IMG/VR virus record: IMGVR_UViG_3300032116_000001
Location: 1-64,000 of that record
Strand: one strand, 5' to 3'
DNA length: 64,000 bases
The notes under the pieces are model-generated. The model was not told where the DNA came from and searched no databases. It was given only the letters and a program-made list of their open reading frames with translations. Positions 57,354 through 64,000 of the stretch are shown piece after piece; the stretch's first letter is position 1, and every line of letters starts with the position of its first letter. Position numbers and translations under genes: made by a program.

Positions 57354-57571
57354 TAGGACACTCGCTCAAGCCGAATCACACCCGCATCATCGAGTTGCAT
57401 AAGTGCTGGGCAAACGACGTAAGACCTATTGCAGTAATAGCCGTCAGCAGGAAATGCAACACAATCCCCATGAACATCATGGTTTTGTTCGCGCCAAGGC
57501 ATCATATCCATGCCTTTCAGAAGTTCCTTGATGGCTTGCTTGAGAATGTCATTTTCTTCTTGAACCGTCAT
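57353..57571 (-). CDS. hypothetical protein
   Basis: Reverse promoter motif. Confidence 0.65.
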   Translation of the reverse strand: MTVQEENDILKQAIKELLKGMDMMPWREQNHDVHGDCVAFPADGYYCNRSYVVCPALMQLDDAGVIRLERVS

Positions 57572-57923
57572 ATCTTATATATCCGATTAGACCACGAAAG
57601 AAAGGGGATTTTTAATCAACGGCGTAAACAGAAAAGTTTAGCCCCAACAAATAATTGTTGGGGCTAACGACATGCCTATCTTGTCTTGGTTTTTGAGTTT
57701 TCAGTTACACTTTCTTTCTCATGCTGGTAAGGTTCGTCCAGCTACTATAAGGGCTACAGGGCCTGGTCATCGAGCACAATCTGAGTCTCGCGCTTTCCTC
57801 AGTCTTGTTACTTTATATATCCGATTAGAGCCATGCAAAAAGGGGATTTTTTAATGATCGTGCCACATGATCACGGAAAGTCATAAAGAAAGACAGATAA
57901 CTTGTATCTGCCTTTCCAAGTTT

Positions 57924-58328
57924 TCAATCCCCGATGGAGTAGTATTGTTTGAACACCACTACTTGAATGTTCGCCATTATGCAGTGAACAGAAATGTCCC
58001 CGCCCTGCCATGCATTGCCAATGTCATAAAGAACATTTGCAAGTTCGGAGTTTTCAAGCCCAGCCGTGGTGAAGAGATTGTATCTGACCGCACTGTAAGA
58101 CGCATTGCCCCAGGCCTCTTCAACATTTTGGATTCGATTGAACGCATTGTCGCTTGAAATGTCAATCCAAAGCCGCTCTCCATTTGACAAATCGGCGATA
58201 TAGTATTCTCCCCGATTGGTTACAACCTTGCGAATGGCATGATTCAGAAAGTGTTCGCCCGACCGCGTGGGAAGGATTTTTTCAGGCTGAGTAGGATACT
58301 CGGCTGTGATTGTGGGGACTTTGATCAT
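57924..58328 (-). CDS. hypothetical protein
   Basis: Reverse promoter motif. Confidence 0.65.
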   Translation of the reverse strand: MIKVPTITAEYPTQPEKILPTRSGEHFLNHAIRKVVTNRGEYYIADLSNGERLWIDISSDNAFNRIQNVEEAWGNASYSAVRYNLFTTAGLENSELANVLYDIGNAWQGGDISVHCIMANIQVVVFKQYYSIGD

Positions 58329-58470
58329 CTTGACTTTCCACCTAGTTTATATATCCGATTAGAATACAAAAGACAAGGGATTTTTTTAATGATCGTGCCA
58401 CATAAAAACAGAAAGCCATAAAAAATCCCCTTTCTGCATGGCTCCAATCGAATATATAAAGAGAGGAACA

Positions 58471-58953
58471 ATGACTACTGAACAAGTCGCCGCCGCCCTC
58501 GCCACCAAGCGCAAGGGAACAATATTCACCCTTCGCGTTGCACGTCCCGCCAAACTTCGCGCTGGTTCGCGAGATATGGATATTGTCAAGGCTTCCGTTA
58601 TGCAAGGCATGGCGAACACTGACTATGCCAGCCGTGGCCCCGTTCGCGAAGCCGTGGCCCTGGGAGAACGTGATGCCCCTGCCCTGCCCAAGCATATTGA
58701 AAAGACATTCACGGAAAACGACGTGAAGTTTTGGAAAGGCCACAATGGCGAAATCTACTTGCCCGTTTGCCTTACGGGGAATCATGCCGAAGTCACCTGG
58801 CTTCAGGATGGCGAGGAAGTCAGCCTGGACGAAATCAAGGACCATCTGCTTGCTTCCGAATATGCAAGCCGCACCGATAAGGATGACCTTGCAGAACGCG
58901 GCCAAGTGCCCTTTATCGGCGTAAATGTCAAGCACATCGAATCGGTAAACTAA
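58471..58953 (+). CDS. hypothetical phage protein
   Basis: Promoter plus GAGG SD; terminator at 58970-58993. Confidence 0.75.
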   Translation: MTTEQVAAALATKRKGTIFTLRVARPAKLRAGSRDMDIVKASVMQGMANTDYASRGPVREAVALGERDAPALPKHIEKTFTENDVKFWKGHNGEIYLPVCLTGNHAEVTWLQDGEEVSLDEIKDHLLASEYASRTDKDDLAERGQVPFIGVNVKHIESVN

Positions 58954-59068
58954 GCCAGACCATAAAGACTAGGGGCGCAAGCCCCTTTCTTTATAACTTT
59001 CTATGATTGTGTGCCACGATCATTATAAAAATCCCCTTTCTTTTGTGTTCTAATCGGATATATAAAAC

Positions 59069-59176
59069 ATGAACAAAGGATTTACGCTCCCAGAACTTGT
59101 TTTCCTCATGCTTGGAGTTATTATCTTTGTCATCTTGACCCTTGCTGCTATTTACATCGGGATGCGAGTCTTTTGA
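59069..59176 (+). CDS. 35-aa type IV prepilin-like peptide
   Basis: MNKG|FTLPELVFLMLGVIIFVILTLAAIYIGMRVF directly after the promoter motif. Confidence 0.7.
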   Translation: MNKGFTLPELVFLMLGVIIFVILTLAAIYIGMRVF

Positions 59177-59502
59177 TGCCAGAAGTTATCAATGCAGAAA
59201 AATGGCTAAAGGCACCCAATAGACAGGGTAAATGGCTTTGCCTGACCGTGGGCTTCCAAAATTACGACCCACAAACAATCCGAGATTACGATGTCAATAA
59301 TGAACGTGATGGCGCAAGGGTGGTCAAAGCCGATTTCATCTACGTCCATTGGGCATATGACCAAAAGACCAAATCAAAGATTTTGCTCCAGGTGTATGCA
59401 CCGTTCACTTCCCGATGCCCGTCTATGCCACTGCCCGAAGATACCGATGCGGTAAAGTATTTCTATATCGGGCCTTTTGAACTTCCTTTTGACCAGCGAT
59501 AA
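59173..59502 (+). CDS. hypothetical protein
   Basis: Overlaps the stop of the pilin-like ORF (ATG at 59176 also possible). Confidence 0.6.
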   Translation: MMPEVINAEKWLKAPNRQGKWLCLTVGFQNYDPQTIRDYDVNNERDGARVVKADFIYVHWAYDQKTKSKILLQVYAPFTSRCPSMPLPEDTDAVKYFYIGPFELPFDQR

Positions 59503-59964
59503 AAATCCCCTGTATTTTCAAACACAATCGGATATATAAGATATGCAGAACGTAGAAGGAACAAACACCTGGGTGGGCGAGACTGTGCCAATGCAGTTCG
59601 GACGCATGGCTGATGAATGTGGCGAACCGATTGACCATACCGCTGTCACTATCGTTGTCCCCGATTGCCTTGAACACAAAAATGTTCGCATCACCATTGA
59701 AGTCATTGAATGATGGGCAGGCAGTGACCACAATAAAAATCCCCCGTTTCTTATAAGGCAAAACCATATATAAGAGGAGGGGGCAAAAACCCCTACCCAC
59801 ATCCGACCACCAAGACCCTGTACCACGATCAACAACGATGATGATTATGATCGGGCACCCATGTGTCATGATCGCTGCTATAGTAGAGGGGGGGGTACTA
59901 AAACTTTTAGGTACCATAAGGAAGCGGTACGCCACCCCGTCATTTTTTCGATCATGCCAAAAAA

Positions 59965-60225
59965 ATGGCCCCGATAGTTTCCCCGATCATAACTAATATT
60001 GTAGTTTACCCGATAGTTTTCTCGATCATAACCGATCAGAATCCACCCCGATAGTTTTCCCGATCATCTCGCCAGAGTAAGAAAAATAATTTGCGCTTAC
60101 TTTGCCCCCTATGATTATTTTTGTGATAGCAGGGGGGGTGGTAAAATTTTCGAGTAAGGTATCCCCCACCATTTCGGGAATCTTTCTATATATGTATATA
60201 ATTCTTTTCCCCGATCATAATTCTG
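59965..60225. repeat. iteron-like direct repeats CCCGATAGTTT(T)CCCGATCAT
   Basis: Copies near 59969, 60009 and 60046, and a partial copy at 60209. Confidence 0.7.
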
Positions 60226-60438
60226 ATAGTGTATGGGGGGTATTGAAATTTTTCTTAAGGTATCCCTGGTGGGGCCTTGAGTATACGTGAGGAGATTAGA
60301 GTGTTTATTCTCCTCATTTTTTGATGCGAATAACTACGCTATTCGCATCAAGATATTTTGGGCTTTTAAAATGGCTTGTCCATTTTAAAATTTGTTTGCG
60401 ATAAAAATGGTTTTCTTTTCGTAGTATTGTTTGTAGTT

Positions 60439-60975
60439 ATGTTTAAAATAGAAAGTCATTTATCTAAGTTGGCCGAGCATTTTTCTCGGCGCGTTCACAG
60501 TGAGACGGGCTGCACTTATGATGGTGTTGCTTATGACAAGCATTTGGATCATGTTTATGAAGTTTATTATAGATATTCTTATTTGCTTGATGATTCTGTT
60601 AAGACTTTCGTAGAGTGTGGAATTTGGCTTCATGATGTGATGGAAGACTGTCGTATTTCTTACGAGGAGTTATCTATTATGTTTGGTGTTGAAGTTGCTG
60701 ATTTGGTGTATGCGTTGACGAATGAGTTGGGTAAAACTCGATCTGATATTGTGAAGCGTACATATCCGAAAATCCGCGATCATGGTGATTTGGCTATTTT
60801 CGTAAAGCTTTGTGATCGTATTGCGAATACAGAGGCTTCTTTACGTGATGGTAATGAAAAGTACCGATCATTATATTTTCTTGAGTATTTTTATTTTAAG
60901 CAAGCTTTAAAGACTGATGCTTGGGATATCATGTGGCTACATTTGGATTCTTTGCATACGAGGCTTTGCGAATAA
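60439..60975 (+). CDS. HD-domain hydrolase, (p)ppGpp hydrolase/Mesh1-like
   Basis: H...Y..HL, WLHDVMED, VADLVYALT, VKLCDRIAN. Confidence 0.85.
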   Translation: MFKIESHLSKLAEHFSRRVHSETGCTYDGVAYDKHLDHVYEVYYRYSYLLDDSVKTFVECGIWLHDVMEDCRISYEELSIMFGVEVADLVYALTNELGKTRSDIVKRTYPKIRDHGDLAIFVKLCDRIANTEASLRDGNEKYRSLYFLEYFYFKQALKTDAWDIMWLHLDSLHTRLCE

Positions 60976-60978
60976 TTT

Positions 60979-61524
60979 ATGCGTTATTTTTTTGACACTG
61001 AGTTTTTCGAAGACGGCAAGACTATTGATTTAATTTCCATTGGTGTTGTTGCTGAAGATGGCCGCACCTTTTACGCAATTTCTTCTGAATTTGATGTTGA
61101 TCGTGTATTAGATGATCCGTGGATGCGCGATCATGTTTGGTCTTTTATCAAGGATGATTACGAGCATGGAAATACTTTAAGCCGCGAGGAAATAGCTGTT
61201 AAGTTTTTAGATTTCGTTGCTCCTCACCATCACTGGGATATTTTGCATATGAATATTCTGCCATTTGATTCCCCTTATGATTCGGAGTTATGGGGATATT
61301 ACTGTGCTTATGATTGGGTGGCTGTTCGCCAACTATATGGCAAGATGATTAACGGTCCACGAGGATTACCTCATTATTGCAATGATATTATGCAATATCG
61401 CGGCAAGTTGGGTGAGATTGCTTTGCCTCGCATACCCGAAAAGGATCGGCATCATGCTTTAGCAGATGCTGAAGAAGTAAAGCTGATGTTCGAATATTTG
61501 CGTGAAATTGAGGCGAATAAATAA
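60979..61524 (+). CDS. DEDDh 3'-5' exoribonuclease, Rv2179c-like
   Basis: MRYFFDTEF...LISIGVVAEDGRTFYA...AYDWV...HHALADA. Confidence 0.88.
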   Translation: MRYFFDTEFFEDGKTIDLISIGVVAEDGRTFYAISSEFDVDRVLDDPWMRDHVWSFIKDDYEHGNTLSREEIAVKFLDFVAPHHHWDILHMNILPFDSPYDSELWGYYCAYDWVAVRQLYGKMINGPRGLPHYCNDIMQYRGKLGEIALPRIPEKDRHHALADAEEVKLMFEYLREIEANK

Positions 61525-61544
61525 GTTAAAATCTTCAAGAGAAT

Positions 61545-61991
61545 TTATTTATTTCTCTTGAAGATTTTCTTCCACCACGGTTGTGGATCATCAATTTTTG
61601 GTTTTGTGTTTTGTATAGGATCGGGGAATTTTGGATGAAAGATTTGTCTTTCATTTTCGATCATTGTTGCGTTATTAATTTGGTTAATCGCCCAGTTTGC
61701 TTTTTGTATGAGAAAGTCTTCAACTTTTGTTTTTTCTCTTTTTCTCTTACCCATTTCATCGATCATTTTAAAGTATGCTTCTTCGGCTTCTTCTGGCGTT
61801 GCGTTTGGAGAAATTCCTAATACATAGAATGGATTTTCTATAACTTGTGCCAATCTTTTCATTACATCCGTGGATGCTGTTTTAATAGCAAGTTGTTTTG
61901 TAATTTCGTCGGCCAATTTATAAAGCCCCATTGAATCCGCGATTTGTGCGAGTTCACAGTATTCATTTATAGAATTCAATGGGTTCATCAT
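61545..61991 (-). CDS. protein with N-terminal AQ-leader and degenerate J-domain
   Basis: NPFYVLGISPNATPEEAEEAY but no HPD. Confidence 0.65.
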   Translation of the reverse strand: MMNPLNSINEYCELAQIADSMGLYKLADEITKQLAIKTASTDVMKRLAQVIENPFYVLGISPNATPEEAEEAYFKMIDEMGKRKREKTKVEDFLIQKANWAINQINNATMIENERQIFHPKFPDPIQNTKPKIDDPQPWWKKIFKRNK

Positions 61992-62521
61992 TACTGTCGA
62001 TTTTGGAGCGCCTTTTGGCTAGCAATTTGTGCATCAAATGCGCTAAGTGTTTTGATACCAAATTCGAGTGATTGTTTGCTTGATTTCAGATGTTGTTCAA
62101 GCGCGGCTCTTGTTTCTGATACGTTCTTGCCTTTTCTTGTGATCGCGTCGAATGCCCAGCCAAGATATCTTTTAATAAGTTCATTTTCTGGAGTAGTGGC
62201 TTGTGCTGGTTGCTGTGCATTGGGATTTTGCATAAAGTTCTGCAAAGACTGAGGGGCTTGTACATTTGCTGGCAATGTGTATACGGGACTGGCTAGAGCA
62301 GGAGTTTGAGGAATATTCACCGATCTTAAATCAACTGGTGCCAATGGATTGTAGGAATTTTGCTGTGGCATTTGTTGTGTAAACGGCATGGGGCTAAATT
62401 GCGCCACTCTTTTCATAACATCCGTGACTACATCTGCTTCTTTGGTCATATTTTGATTATCGAGATCAGATGCGATCCCTGCCAGAGTTTCGAGAATATC
62501 TTTGTTTTCCATTTTTATCAC
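61991..62521 (-). CDS. hypothetical protein with N-terminal AQ-leader
   Basis: LAGIASDLDNQNMTKEADVVTDVMKRVAQ. Confidence 0.7.
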   Translation of the reverse strand: MIKMENKDILETLAGIASDLDNQNMTKEADVVTDVMKRVAQFSPMPFTQQMPQQNSYNPLAPVDLRSVNIPQTPALASPVYTLPANVQAPQSLQNFMQNPNAQQPAQATTPENELIKRYLGWAFDAITRKGKNVSETRAALEQHLKSSKQSLEFGIKTLSAFDAQIASQKALQNRQ

Positions 62522-62548
62522 CGTGGAGAAGTTATTATATATTTTCTT

Positions 62549-63859
62549 TTATTGATTATGAATCCCTTCTTTATTTGGTCTTCCGATAGAATAATATTCA
62601 TATCCGATTCGTTTCATTTCTTCTTCTTCGAACATATTTCTTCCGTCAAAAATCCGCGGATTTCTCATTTTCTGTTTAATTTCGCGCCATTTAATGTCTT
62701 TGAATTCTTTCCATTCTGTAATGATCAGTATCGCGTCTGTGTTTTCGGCTAGTTCTTCGATAGTGTTAGTCCATTGCACATTCGTTAATATTTTTTCAGC
62801 ATTATGTTTGGCCACGGGATCATATACTTTAACGATGGCTCCTTCCTTGACAAGTTTTTGAATAATTGGAATTGACCTAGCGTCTCTCATATCATCAGTA
62901 TCGGGTTTAAATGCAACTCCGAGCACTCCGATAATTTTGTCATTGACTCCATTGAGATTCGTTTGAATTTTTTGGATAAATTCTTTAGGCATTTGTTCAT
63001 TAATTTCTTTAGTTGCTTTAAGCATTTTGAAATCATATCCGATTTGATCGGCGATATGGATAAGTGCGCTTGTATCTTTCCCGAAGCAGCTTCCACCCCA
63101 TCCTATTCCAGCCCCGAGGAATTTATCTCCGATTCTATGATCGAGTCCCATTCCTCTTGCCACTTCTTTTACATCGGCCCCGACTTGTTCGCATATTTGT
63201 GCAATGGCGTTGATAAAGCTAATTTTCGTGGCGAGGAATGCGTTTGATGCATATTTAATCATTTCGGCGCTAATTGTATCTGTGAGGAAAACTTGTGTTT
63301 GTAGTTCTTGATATGCTTCGATCAATTTCTCCGCGGTTTTCCAGTTATCTGTTCCGATCACGATTCTATCTCCATTCATAGCGTCATGGATTGCGCATCC
63401 TTCTCTAAGGAATTCTGGATTACTTACGACATCGAATGTTGTTGGAAATTTTTGATATTTTTGAATAATTTCTTTGACTCTATGTGCTGTTCCAGGGGGT
63501 ACTGTGGATTTATTCACCACGATGATATGTTCTCTCATGGACTCTCCGATTTCTTTCGCAACATTATCAATATATTGCAGATCGGGGCTGCCGTCTTCTT
63601 TTTCTGGAGTTCCCACGCACACAAAGACAATTTCGCCCCAGTTTGCGGCTTGTTCCACCGTGTTTCCGTAGAATATTTGTGCTTTAGCGTCTTCGATCAT
63701 ATCTTGGAGTTCTGGCTCATAGATAGGGCATTCTCCATTTTTGAGTTTTTTAATTTTTTCTGGATCACTATCTACGCACATAACATCGTGCCCGATGTTT
63801 GCCATGATTGCTGTTTGCACGAGTCCCACATATCCTGCTCCGATCACGCTAATTCTCAT
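62549..63859 (-). CDS. ugd: UDP-glucose 6-dehydrogenase
   Basis: GAGYVG, VCVGTP, NKSTVPPG, SNPEFLREG, KYASNAFLA, GGSCFGKD, AFKPDTDDMRD, DGRN. Confidence 0.96.
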   Translation of the reverse strand: MRISVIGAGYVGLVQTAIMANIGHDVMCVDSDPEKIKKLKNGECPIYEPELQDMIEDAKAQIFYGNTVEQAANWGEIVFVCVGTPEKEDGSPDLQYIDNVAKEIGESMREHIIVVNKSTVPPGTAHRVKEIIQKYQKFPTTFDVVSNPEFLREGCAIHDAMNGDRIVIGTDNWKTAEKLIEAYQELQTQVFLTDTISAEMIKYASNAFLATKISFINAIAQICEQVGADVKEVARGMGLDHRIGDKFLGAGIGWGGSCFGKDTSALIHIADQIGYDFKMLKATKEINEQMPKEFIQKIQTNLNGVNDKIIGVLGVAFKPDTDDMRDARSIPIIQKLVKEGAIVKVYDPVAKHNAEKILTNVQWTNTIEELAENTDAILIITEWKEFKDIKWREIKQKMRNPRIFDGRNMFEEEEMKRIGYEYYSIGRPNKEGIHNQ

Positions 63860-64000
63860 ATTTACTACTTATACCTTATAATTGCTTATTTTTCCTAATT
63901 GATTATCGTATTACATTTAGTTATGGACATGAAAACATTTATTAGTGAGTTGTCTGATGGCGAGGCTCTTTTTATTGATGGTTTTGACAATGCTTTATTG

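Larger units (their letters stand above)
1931..59773. promoter_or_regulatory. Dispersed phage early-promoter motif family AAAAATCCCC-Yn-N~12-(A)TCGGATATATAA, roughly 85-90 copies by eye
   Basis: Examples: 1931-1970, 2901-2940, 3608-3646, 13617-13658, 21650-21688, 24684-24724, 27378-27416, 35960-35999, 59026-59065. Reverse-strand copies precede minus-strand genes at 47-58 kb. A start codon or RNA gene follows 3-6 nt after TATATAA. Confidence 0.9.

Noticed and set aside
41107-59030. Classical integron attC array or IS elements
   Set aside because: No integrase or transposase is in the window, and the repeats lack RYYYAAC/GTTRRRY ends and long palindromy.
61545-61991. Functional DnaJ co-chaperone
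   Set aside because: It has J-domain helix I/II similarity but lacks the HPD motif.

Overview
This is a 64-kb segment of a large (jumbo-type) dsDNA phage genome; no host-type core genes were seen. Positions ~1-59.8 kb are an early/host-takeover region of >100 short genes. Most sit in cassettes that start with a conserved promoter-like motif (AAAAATCCCC-Yn-N~12-ATCGGATATATAA), followed within 3-6 nt by the start codon, which implies leaderless mRNAs. Recognisable proteins: pyrimidine-dimer glycosylase-like, rIIA/rIIB, GH108 lysozyme, DUF262, WGR-PARP, macrodomain, Pol-beta nucleotidyltransferase, DUF2786 plus an HExxH protease, gp88-like, ArdC, two HNH and one PD-(D/E)XK homing endonucleases, an HD hydrolase, an Rv2179c-like exoribonuclease and Ugd. 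RNA genes: 19 intact tRNA genes (one with a group I intron), a split tRNA enclosing an endonuclease and another tRNA, two tRNA-like RNAs, a ~600-nt ROOL/GOLLD-like RNA and several orphan structured RNAs. Main discovery: three tRNA clusters are each preceded by a short leader-peptide ORF, too short for the ORF track, whose enriched codons match the anticodons of the downstream tRNAs (Leu; Gly/Ser/Thr; Gln/Arg/Cys). Two of them have textbook terminator/antiterminator architecture. This looks like ribosome-mediated attenuation that switches on phage tRNA genes when the cognate tRNAs are scarce. All calls were made by eye; no searches or folding programs were run.
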